DNA from: Gemmatimonadota bacterium | Lineage (GTDB): Bacteria > Gemmatimonadota > Gemmatimonadetes > Gemmatimonadales > GWC2-71-9 | Reading direction: 5' to 3' | Length of the DNA stretch: 15,502 nucleotides | Assembly: GCA_036679605.1 (NCBI GenBank) | Contig: JAZDCZ010000018.1 | Coordinates: 1-15,502 of the forward strand | Shown here: one piece after another, positions 7,947 through 15,394 of the stretch | Position numbering within the stretch: the stretch's first letter is position 1 | Layout of the letters: each line of letters opens with the position of its first letter | Position numbers and translations under genes: made by a program | Notes under the pieces: model-generated | What the model was told of the DNA's origin: nothing | The model's input: the letters and a program-made list of their open reading frames with translations, nothing else | The model's database searches: none

Positions 7947-8759
7947 ATGAAGAAACTTCTTAAACTGTCACTGATCGCCGCAGTTGCGACCCTCACGGGC
8001 GGATGCAGCGACGACGGCGGCGGCATGGCCCCGACAACGGGCGCCGTGTCCAAGCAGGTATCGCTGTCGTTCTCAAGCGCCGGCCCCGGTGTTGCTGTAG
8101 CTCCCGCGTTCTCACGGTTTCCTGTGGCGGCCCTGGGTGACACCCTGCGGTCAGGCGGCAACACGCTCATACTGGACAGTGTCAAGGTGGTGCTCAGAGA
8201 GATCGAACTGAAGCGCGTAGAGACAACTGATTGCGACCTCGCGATGGACGAAGACGCCTGCGAGGAATTCGAACTCGGCCCCATCGTTGTGGACGTACCA
8301 CTGGATGGCGGAACCATGCAGGAGATAGCGGTAGCAGTCGATACGGGTACCTACGACGAGTTGGAGTTCAAGATCCACAAGGTAAGCGGTGACGATCCCG
8401 AGGATGCGGCTTTTGCAGCGGCAAATCCTGGCCTGGTCGACAAGAGCATCGTTGTCTGGGGTAGTTTCGATGGGCAGGCGTTTACTTACGAGACCGATCT
8501 TAACGAAGAGCAGGAGTTCGAGCTGAATCCGCCGCTCGTGATCACCGATTCTACGACGACCACCAACGTGACTGTACGCCTCGATGTTTCGCAGTGGTTC
8601 AGCGACGGTGCGGGCGGCCTGGTGGATCCCGCCACGGCGAATAAGGGCGGCACCGCTGAGAACTTGGTGAAGGACAACATCAGGAACTCCATCAAGGCCT
8701 TCGAGGACGAGGATGGGGACGGCGACGAGAAGGACGAGGACGGCGACAACAGCAACTAG
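7947..8759 (+). CDS. Acidic beta-rich lipoprotein of unknown function (possibly DUF4382-like), 270 aa
   Basis: GGAGG at 7934-7938 before ATG 7947; signal peptide II MKKLLKLSLIAAVATLTGG/C; motifs VKVVLREIEL, GTYDELEFKIHK and DVSQWF; C-terminal DEDGDG acidic tail. The ORF-track start at 7824 is overextended. Confidence 0.8.
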   Translation: MKKLLKLSLIAAVATLTGGCSDDGGGMAPTTGAVSKQVSLSFSSAGPGVAVAPAFSRFPVAALGDTLRSGGNTLILDSVKVVLREIELKRVETTDCDLAMDEDACEEFELGPIVVDVPLDGGTMQEIAVAVDTGTYDELEFKIHKVSGDDPEDAAFAAANPGLVDKSIVVWGSFDGQAFTYETDLNEEQEFELNPPLVITDSTTTTNVTVRLDVSQWFSDGAGGLVDPATANKGGTAENLVKDNIRNSIKAFEDEDGDGDEKDEDGDNSN

Positions 8760-8778
8760 ACCGCCAGTCGTCGCAACG

Positions 8779-8816
8779 AAAAAAGGGGCCGGGCGTAAAT
8801 GCCCGGCCCCTTTTTT
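8779..8816. terminator. Bidirectional rho-independent terminator
   Basis: AAAAAA-GGGGCCGGGC-gtaaat-GCCCGGCCCC-TTTTTT between the convergent stop codons at 8759 and 8820. Confidence 0.95.
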
Positions 8817-8819
8817 GTC

Positions 8820-10760
8820 CTACCGCCCTGCCAACAAATGCCCCACACTCACCGTCACGAGTTTGTGATCCGAATCAGAGGCCGAGTAGACCAGAGTCTT
8901 GCCGTCGGGGGACCACTCGGGTGCATTCTCGTTGGCTGCCGTCTCGGTGAGTTTGCGCACCGGCCCGCCGGACGCCGGGATCACCGCAATGTCGTAGTTG
9001 CCGTCCTGATACGTCCTGAACGCAACCATGGACCCGTCGGGCGACCACCGCGGTCCGTTCTCGTTGGCCGGAGTAGCCACGAGCGTCTTTGCCGCGCCCC
9101 CTTGGGCGGGCATCACCAACAGGTCGGCGCTCCCTCTCCCGAGTCCTATAAACAAAATGTTGGCGCCGTCAGGCGACCACCGACCATATCCGACCGCCCC
9201 TGCAAAGGTTAGTTGCTTTACGTTGTCCCCCGTGGTGGATACACGGTACAGGCTTTGACCGCCTTCATCGTCCAGGCCCAGGTACAAGAATGCCGCCCCG
9301 TCCGGACTCCAGCGCTGATTACCCCCGACGTTCCCACCCGTGTCGGTTACACGCACCGGCTCGCCCCCCTGGGCAGGCACGGTCCAGATCTCGTTAATGT
9401 TTTCCGCCTCTCTATCTGAGAGGAAGGCGATTAGACTGCCGTCGGGCGACCACTGTGGGTTGTTCTCGGCGGTCGGCCAATCGGTGAGTTGAACCTGGTT
9501 GGTTCCGTCGGCGTCCATCACCCAGATGTTGGCATTTCCCCCGCGTTCAGCCACGAACGCTATCCGGCTGCCGTCCGGAGACCAGCGGGGACCGCGGTCG
9601 TCAGCGGCGTTGGTGGTGAGCCGTGTGGGCTCGCCGCCCGACAGAGGAACGGTCCAGAGATCTTGGTTTCCGGTGCGTTCCGAAATGAAGACGACAGCCT
9701 GACCGTCTGGAGACACGCTGGCTGAGTAATCGTTCTTCTCGCTGAAAGTGAGTTGCCGTGTGGCACCGTCGTCGACCGAGGTGGCCCAGAGGTTCAGCAC
9801 CGCTTCATTGTACCCGAACGTGACACCGGCGCCGTCGGGAGTCCAGGTGAGGTCGATCTCGTTGCCGGGGTCGTCGGTGGCCCGCACCGGTTCGCCCCCC
9901 CCCGCCGGCACGATCCACACGTCGGTCTGCCCGCCGCGGTCCGAAAGGAAGGCTACGAAGTTGCCGTCCGGCGACCACACCGGCGCATAGTCCTCACGTA
10001 TGTCCCGGGTTAGCTGCCGTGGCGGGCTGCCATCCACCGGTGCTGCCCACACGTCGGATGTGCCCATGCGGTTCGAGGTGTACAGCAGCTCTCGGCTGTC
10101 CGGAGACCATGTACCGGGAAACTGGAGTTGCTCACGCCCCTCGGTGGTGAGCTGTCGTGTGTTCGCACCGTCCAGGGTCTTGACCCACAGGGTTTGTTCG
10201 CCTCCTCTGACGGACTGATACGCTATCTTGCTGCCGTCGGGCGACCACCAACCCACCTCTACCCCGGGCCCGCTCAGGACCGGTTCGTGCTCGCCGTCGC
10301 CGAGCGGAGCCATCCAAGTGTCGACCTCGCCCCCACTGGCCTTGATGTAGAGCAGGCTCTGTCCGTCGGGAGCCCAGTTCAGCGCTTGTTCGATTCCCGG
10401 GTCCGATGTTATCTGTCGCGCCTCTCCGCCGGCTACCGGCGTGACCCACACGTCGAACCCACCTTCGCCGAGGGCGGTGTACAGAATCGATTCACCATCG
10501 GGTGACCAAAGCGGGTACAGGACTTGGATGGTAGCGGGGCTCACACGAACCGGATTGCTTCCGTCCGTTGCTGCCGTCCATACTGCCTGTTTGCCATCGC
10601 GGGCAAGCCTATATGCGATCTTGCCGCCGTCGGGCGAATATTGCGGCGCATGGTAGTCCCCGGCCTCTGGCGTCAGAATCACACGTTCGGATCCGTTTCC
10701 CTCACATCCCAACCCGATGAGGCTGGAGGCTAGCAGCAATCCGGCAGCTTTCGTTCGCAT
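8820..10760 (-). CDS. Lipoprotein made of 14 PD40 (WD40-like/TolB-C-like) repeats, probably a double 7-bladed beta-propeller, with no catalytic domain
   Basis: MRTKAAGLLLASSLIGLG/C lipobox; 14 (W/Y/V)(S/A/T)PD(G/S) motifs at about 44-aa spacing with GG.P.(R/Q)LT turns; GAAGGG Shine-Dalgarno upstream of ATG 10760/10766. The ORF-track start at 10808 overlaps the upstream kinase and is unlikely. Confidence 0.88.
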   Translation of the reverse strand: MRTKAAGLLLASSLIGLGCEGNGSERVILTPEAGDYHAPQYSPDGGKIAYRLARDGKQAVWTAATDGSNPVRVSPATIQVLYPLWSPDGESILYTALGEGGFDVWVTPVAGGEARQITSDPGIEQALNWAPDGQSLLYIKASGGEVDTWMAPLGDGEHEPVLSGPGVEVGWWSPDGSKIAYQSVRGGEQTLWVKTLDGANTRQLTTEGREQLQFPGTWSPDSRELLYTSNRMGTSDVWAAPVDGSPPRQLTRDIREDYAPVWSPDGNFVAFLSDRGGQTDVWIVPAGGGEPVRATDDPGNEIDLTWTPDGAGVTFGYNEAVLNLWATSVDDGATRQLTFSEKNDYSASVSPDGQAVVFISERTGNQDLWTVPLSGGEPTRLTTNAADDRGPRWSPDGSRIAFVAERGGNANIWVMDADGTNQVQLTDWPTAENNPQWSPDGSLIAFLSDREAENINEIWTVPAQGGEPVRVTDTGGNVGGNQRWSPDGAAFLYLGLDDEGGQSLYRVSTTGDNVKQLTFAGAVGYGRWSPDGANILFIGLGRGSADLLVMPAQGGAAKTLVATPANENGPRWSPDGSMVAFRTYQDGNYDIAVIPASGGPVRKLTETAANENAPEWSPDGKTLVYSASDSDHKLVTVSVGHLLAGR

Positions 10761-10776
10761 AAACATTAACCCTTCA

Positions 10777-12195
10777 CTATGATGAATCGGATGAGACCTC
10801 GGCGGCACCGCCCAAGGCCGATATGAGTTCTTGGTCTCCGGCTATCTGTCCAACCACTTCGTCCTGCACGGCCAAGACGTCCTTCACGTCACGCTCGTAA
10901 CTCTGTATCCACAGGTGGCGCAGTGTTTCGGGATCGACGAGCTGGACGTTGATGCGCATGCGGTCGCCGGCGCGAAACACGGTTCCCTCCAGGAGCGCCT
11001 GTACGTCGAGATCCTTCGCAATTTGTTTGTTTGTTGCGGTCTCTTCGCGGTATCGCATGACTGCCGAGCGTGGCACGACCGTAACCACACCCTTTTGAGC
11101 CAGAGATGTGATCAGCGCGTCGTGCATGGCATCCACGAACGCCTGGTCGCTGCCGGAGAGGTCCTGTATCGGCATAACCGCAATGCGTTCGATGTTCTCT
11201 GAACCGCCCGGCCCACCACCGCGCATGAACCAGCCGCCTACCCCTGCAACGACCAGGGCCGCCGCGACAGAACCGATCCACCTGCGACGGGTCACCGATT
11301 GCCGCTTGGGCATCGCGCCCACCGGACGCGTATCGGTCGGTGTAAGGCCCCCGCTAGGCGTCCCGACCACTTCCAGCCGCGGCAGCATCTCTTCGGCAGA
11401 CTGCCAACGATCGGCGGGGTTCTTTTCCAGGCACCGCATGATGAGTTGCGCCAGGGTCGGAGGGACACTCGGGCGCTGTTGTGAGATATCGGTTGGCTGC
11501 TCCATGACGTGCGCCGAGAGCACTGCCTGAGAGGTCTTGCCGTCGAACGGGGGATGTCCGGTCAGCATCTCGTACGCCATCACGCCCACGGCATATATGT
11601 CGGAGCGGTGATCGATGTCGGCTTCTCCCATCGCCTGTTCCGGTGACATGTAGGCCGGGGTGCCGAGCGCCATGCCTACCGTCGTGAGCTTCTCACCGCC
11701 CGCGGCACTCACCGCCTTGGCGACGCCGAAATCCATCACGATGGCATGACGGCCGGAAAGCATCACGTTGTCGGGTTTGATGTCGCGGTGCACGACGCCG
11801 TGTGCGTGCGCGTACGCTAGGCCGTCCACCACCTCGCGCAGGATGCGCACGGCTTCCTGGACCGGCATCTGGCCCTCGCGCCGTAGCTTGGCCCGCAGCG
11901 ACTCGCCATCCACCAAGGGCATGACGTAATACAGGAATCCATCCAGCTCGCCCGAGTCGTGCAGGGGAAGGATGTGGGGATGGGAGAGTTTTGCCACGAT
12001 CCGGATCTCGCGGGGGAACCGGTCGGGGCCCAATGCCGCGGCCAATTCCGGACGCAGCACTTTTATGGCTACGGATCTGTCATGCTTGAGATCGCGCGCC
12101 AGGTAGACTGTCGCCATGCCGCCGGCGCCGAGTTCGCTTTCGAACTCGTATTGGTCGGCAAAGGCTGCTTTGATGTGGTCCCAGTTATCTCCCAC
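10777..12195 (-). CDS. Hanks-type Ser/Thr protein kinase with a TM helix and a C-terminal TolB-N/FlgO-like domain (no TPRs)
   Basis: LGAGGMATVY, VAIKVL, HRDIKPDN, DFG, GTPAYMSPEQ, DIYAVG; TM segment RRRWIGSVAAALVVAGVGGWF; C-terminal domain IAVMPIQDLSG..IAKDLDVQALLEGTV.RAGDRMRINVQLVD..HLW..YER..DVLAVQDEV. GTG 12195 was chosen by alignment with the paralog and by promoter position; the ORF track uses TTG 12204. Confidence 0.93.
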   Translation of the reverse strand: MGDNWDHIKAAFADQYEFESELGAGGMATVYLARDLKHDRSVAIKVLRPELAAALGPDRFPREIRIVAKLSHPHILPLHDSGELDGFLYYVMPLVDGESLRAKLRREGQMPVQEAVRILREVVDGLAYAHAHGVVHRDIKPDNVMLSGRHAIVMDFGVAKAVSAAGGEKLTTVGMALGTPAYMSPEQAMGEADIDHRSDIYAVGVMAYEMLTGHPPFDGKTSQAVLSAHVMEQPTDISQQRPSVPPTLAQLIMRCLEKNPADRWQSAEEMLPRLEVVGTPSGGLTPTDTRPVGAMPKRQSVTRRRWIGSVAAALVVAGVGGWFMRGGGPGGSENIERIAVMPIQDLSGSDQAFVDAMHDALITSLAQKGVVTVVPRSAVMRYREETATNKQIAKDLDVQALLEGTVFRAGDRMRINVQLVDPETLRHLWIQSYERDVKDVLAVQDEVVGQIAGDQELISALGGAAEVSSDSS

Positions 12196-12211
12196 GGTGC
12201 CCAAGGTATCA
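11320..12211 (-). repeat. Paralogous kinase-domain-plus-promoter segment, copy 2
   Basis: Aligns without gaps in the coding part to 14418-15308; about 42 substitutions in 284 aa by manual count. Confidence 0.9.
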
Positions 12212-12232
12212 CGTGGGAGACACGTTGGGCAA
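12203..12232 (-). promoter_or_regulatory. sigma70-type promoter for a leaderless kinase transcript
   Basis: TTGCCC, 18-nt spacer ending in TGA, TACCTT, 7 nt, GTG start; no Shine-Dalgarno. Confidence 0.6.
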
Positions 12233-12264
12233 GGCGGTGGACCACCATGGCGATGAGCGAAGTT

Positions 12265-13200
12265 CTAGCGCACGTGCTCGCGCAACCACTCCACCAGCAC
12301 GGTCCGGTCCTCCTCCGACAAGAAGCCATGGCCTGCTTCCGTCCAGCGAAATTGCCGAGGCTGTTTCGCGAGGCGCTGAAGCGGTCGCACAGCCGTATCC
12401 GGTAGGTAGTCGGCGTCATTCTGGCCGTTGATCATCAAGAGCGGCCGAGGACTAATCCTACCGATGTAGTTTGCGGGGCATGCCGCGGCACGATGGCCGG
12501 TCTCGAAGAAATCGAAATGCCCGACGTGAAGTAGCGCTACGCCTGCGAGTCGGTTCTCAGCGCCCCCAACGATGGATGCGAGCTGTGCACCCCGGCTGAA
12601 GCCAACGATCGCCACACGGTTAGGATCGGCTTCGCGCTCGCCGACGAGGAAATCATATCCTCGACTCACGTCTTTTACTGTCTGGGTGACGAACTCGAGA
12701 TATGTCGCCGGTTGATTGTACAAGCGCTTGTGCTTTTCCTGCTCGGAAAACGTCGACAGCAATCCGGTGTTTCGCTCGCCAAAATGCAACATGTCGATGG
12801 AAAGGACCATCCACCCAGCTCTGGCCATTAGTCGAGAAAGTTGCACCGATATCGCCGAGTTTTTGGCTTGTGGACCGCCACCGTGCAGGAACACTACTGC
12901 GCCTAGGGTTGCAGCACCGTCACCACGTGGCCGGTACAGCCGGGCCGCTACGCGGACACCGGGTGTGCTCTGGTAGGTCAGGTCTTCTTCAACGAGACCT
13001 TCCCGGTCGGAGGACTTCGACACTTTTGTATCAAATGGCATCTTTTGGTCGTATGCAAAGAACTCCAGGTACGTCGCGAACGTGCGGTCGTCAACCGGGT
13101 TTGTGAGCCACTCATCTGTCGGTCGCTCCTGCGCTCGGAGTGCGGCCGATGTCAGAAGCAGGGTAAAGATGGCGCAGGCAATCAGACGGCTGGTAGGCAT
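12265..13200 (-). CDS. Secreted alpha/beta-fold serine hydrolase (dienelactone hydrolase / acetyl-xylan-esterase-like), 311 aa
   Basis: Sec signal ending ALRA/Q; VVFLHGGG oxyanion region; nucleophile motif VGFSRGA (GxSxG); PLLMINGQND (Asp); AGHG (His); GGAGA Shine-Dalgarno; starts 17 nt after the kinase stop codon. Confidence 0.9.
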   Translation of the reverse strand: MPTSRLIACAIFTLLLTSAALRAQERPTDEWLTNPVDDRTFATYLEFFAYDQKMPFDTKVSKSSDREGLVEEDLTYQSTPGVRVAARLYRPRGDGAATLGAVVFLHGGGPQAKNSAISVQLSRLMARAGWMVLSIDMLHFGERNTGLLSTFSEQEKHKRLYNQPATYLEFVTQTVKDVSRGYDFLVGEREADPNRVAIVGFSRGAQLASIVGGAENRLAGVALLHVGHFDFFETGHRAAACPANYIGRISPRPLLMINGQNDADYLPDTAVRPLQRLAKQPRQFRWTEAGHGFLSEEDRTVLVEWLREHVR

Positions 13201-13217
13201 TTGGTCTCCGATCTTCG

Positions 13218-15293
13218 TTAGCGGTCGGGAACAGGCTTTACGAGCCGAAAACCAACCGCATCACTTTGAAACCACGGTGCGAAGGTTTCGGTATTGGGGG
13301 TCGAGAACATATAGGTCGGGTCTTGCCAAGAGCCTCCGACCGCTGGGTATTGTACATCGGGTACCCCACCCTGCAGCCACTCCCTGACATTCCCGGCCAT
13401 GTCGTACGCGCCATACGGGCTGATCCCGAAGGCATGACGGTTGACTGGGGCGGTCCCGATCATACTGAAGTTTGAGCGATCATCAAGGGTTGACAAGTCG
13501 TTTCCCCAGGGGAAAGGATTGTCGGAGTCGCCGAGGGCGGCGCGCCACCACTGCTCGAGTGTTGGTAGGGCCTTGCCTGCCCACTCTGCATAGGCGGATG
13601 CCTCGTACCACGTCACAGCGGTTACCGGATGAAGTGAGTGGTTCTCTGGAAATGTGCCGCCACTCCAGTTGCGGGGCCCTGGCAGTCCAGTTCGATCGGC
13701 GAACCCGGCCACTGCCACGTCGCGTGGAGTCCGCTGACCGTCGATGACCAGTGAATCCGGCCAGAGGCTACTATTTCGATATCCGCCATCCACGACAAAT
13801 CTCATGAACATCTCATTGGAAACTTCATAGCGATCCATCAAGAACGCCGAAACTTCTACGCCCGCAAAGTTCTGCCCCTGGGGACCTGTGACGTGTCCTC
13901 TCTCAACGAGCACCATATCACTCGCGTCCCAACTTTCGTTCACGAGAGAGCGACGTAGCTTGACGGTATCGCCCTGGGGCACACTGACCGCGATTTCCAC
14001 GGTCTCGTGCCGATCCAACTCAAATGAAGCGATGTACTCGCCGGCCACGACCGCCAAACCTCGCACGGGTGACGATCCCACTTCTATCCACTCGACTATG
14101 GAGTCTAGCGGTCTCAGTGCACGGGCCAGCCTGACCGAGGCTCCAGCGGGGTCCGTTTCTAAATCCAATGTGCCGCTTACCATCAGCGCGACTTCCTCGA
14201 GCCCACGTGCACTCAAGCTCACTCCAGTGCGTTGTAAGGTAGTGTGGATCTCGTCCAGTTTCCCTGAATCGGCTGCGGCTTGCAACTCAGTAGCCAGTGT
14301 GCGGATGCTTCTGACGTGGGACTGCTGAACGACAACGAATATTGTGATTGCCAGGGCTGCAGTTACGGAGCCAATCCACCAGTGGCGCCTTGAGGCCGAA
14401 TGGCTTGGCATGACACTGACGGGCCTCGTATCGGTGGGTGTCAGTCCCCCACTGGGTGTCCCGAGCACCTCTAACTGTGACAACATCTCGTCGGCCGACT
14501 GCCACCGGTCGGCTTGCTTTTTCTCGAGACACTGCATTACCAAACTTGCGAGGGCGGGTGGTACGCCGGGCCGCTGTTGCGAAATGTCCGCGGGCTTTTC
14601 CATGACCTGTGCCGATAGCACCGCCTGTGCGGTTGTGCCATCGAACGGAGGTGTTCCAGTCAGCATCTCGTAGGCCAGGATCCCTATGGCGTAGATATCG
14701 GTGCGGTGGTCGAGGTCTGCCTCGCCCATCGCCTGCTCGGGAGACATGTAGGTCGGCGTCCCCAAAGCCATGCCCACTGTTGTGAGTTTCTGGCCGCCGG
14801 CCGCACTGACCGCCTTGGCGACACCGAAGTCCATGACTGTTGCATGGCGGCCCGAGAGCATCACGTTGTCGGGCTTGATGTCGCGATGTACGACCCCGTG
14901 AGAGTGTGCGTACGCTAGACCGTCCACTACGTCACGCAAGACCCGCACGATTTCCTGTATCGGCAGCTGCCCTTCACGCTGTAGCTTGGCTCGCAGCGAC
15001 TCGCCTTCCACGTGGGGCATGACGAAGTAGAGGAATCCATCCACTTCGCCCGAGTCGTATAGGGGAAGGATGTGGGGATGGGAGAGCTTGGCTACGATCC
15101 GGATCTCGCGGGGGAATCGATCGGGTCCCAGTGCGGCGGCGAGTTCAGGGCGCAGCACTTTTATGGCGACGGATCGGTCGTGCTTGACGTCGCGCGCCAG
15201 GTAGACCGTCGCCATGCCGCCGGCGCCGAGTTCGCGTTCGATCTCGTAGTGGCCGGCGAAAGCTGCCTTCAAGCGCTCCGGTATGCCTCCCAC
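13218..15293 (-). CDS. Hanks-type Ser/Thr protein kinase with a TM helix, a PEGA-like domain and a C-terminal FGE-sulfatase (SUMF1, C-type-lectin-like fold) domain
   Basis: All catalytic motifs present (GAGGMATV, VAIK, HRDIKPDN, DFG, GTPTYMSPE); TM segment WWIGSVTAALAITIFVVV; GTLDLETDPAGASV (PEGA-like); FGE motifs FLMDRYEVSN, HPVTAVTWYEASAYAEWAGKALPT, YGAYDMAGNVREW, GGSW and GFRLV. Confidence 0.93.
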   Translation of the reverse strand: MGGIPERLKAAFAGHYEIERELGAGGMATVYLARDVKHDRSVAIKVLRPELAAALGPDRFPREIRIVAKLSHPHILPLYDSGEVDGFLYFVMPHVEGESLRAKLQREGQLPIQEIVRVLRDVVDGLAYAHSHGVVHRDIKPDNVMLSGRHATVMDFGVAKAVSAAGGQKLTTVGMALGTPTYMSPEQAMGEADLDHRTDIYAIGILAYEMLTGTPPFDGTTAQAVLSAQVMEKPADISQQRPGVPPALASLVMQCLEKKQADRWQSADEMLSQLEVLGTPSGGLTPTDTRPVSVMPSHSASRRHWWIGSVTAALAITIFVVVQQSHVRSIRTLATELQAAADSGKLDEIHTTLQRTGVSLSARGLEEVALMVSGTLDLETDPAGASVRLARALRPLDSIVEWIEVGSSPVRGLAVVAGEYIASFELDRHETVEIAVSVPQGDTVKLRRSLVNESWDASDMVLVERGHVTGPQGQNFAGVEVSAFLMDRYEVSNEMFMRFVVDGGYRNSSLWPDSLVIDGQRTPRDVAVAGFADRTGLPGPRNWSGGTFPENHSLHPVTAVTWYEASAYAEWAGKALPTLEQWWRAALGDSDNPFPWGNDLSTLDDRSNFSMIGTAPVNRHAFGISPYGAYDMAGNVREWLQGGVPDVQYPAVGGSWQDPTYMFSTPNTETFAPWFQSDAVGFRLVKPVPDR

Positions 15294-15308
15294 GGGCCTA
15301 AGGTATCA
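14418..15308 (-). repeat. Paralogous kinase-domain-plus-promoter segment, copy 1
   Basis: Homologous to 11320-12211, including the upstream TGATACCTT-rGGC(a)CC-GTGGGAG. Confidence 0.9.
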
Positions 15309-15328
15309 GTCGCTAGGCCGGGTCGCAA
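15300..15328 (-). promoter_or_regulatory. sigma70-type promoter for a leaderless kinase-operon transcript
   Basis: TTGCGA (15328-15323), 17-nt spacer ending in TGA, TACCTT (15305-15300), 6 nt, GTG 15293; no Shine-Dalgarno. Confidence 0.65.
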
Positions 15329-15369
15329 ACTACGGGCCACATTACCGCCTCTTTTCTACCGCCCTTGAT

Positions 15370-15392
15370 CCGCGGCATGAGAGCCGCGGCTC
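15370..15392. repeat. GC-rich REP-like hairpin/palindrome, candidate intron target site
   Basis: CCGCGGC-atgaga-GCCGCGG (15370-15389), overlapping the perfect 12-bp palindrome GAGCCGCGGCTC (15381-15392). Confidence 0.6.
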
Positions 15393-15394
15393 GG

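Noticed and set aside
8820..10760. tolB, or an S9/S41 peptidase
   Set aside because: It has 14 repeats and a lipobox but no TolB-N domain, no tol-pal neighbours and no catalytic domain.
10777..11250. Second kinase as a truncated pseudogene because TPRs are missing
   Set aside because: Catalytic motifs are intact, the C-terminal domain appears complete, no TPR remnant follows the stop codon, and the next gene starts immediately with its own RBS.
13218..13420. Diversity-generating retroelement target: FGE/C-type-lectin C-termini are classic DGR variable regions, and a retroelement-like sequence lies 2 kb away
   Set aside because: No template-repeat copy with adenine-specific differences and no RT or Avd gene in the window. 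The nearby element begins like a group II intron. A remote template repeat cannot be excluded without a genome-wide BLASTN.
13218..13950. Active formylglycine-generating enzyme
   Set aside because: The domain has no cysteines, so the catalytic Cys pair is absent, and no sulfatase is nearby.
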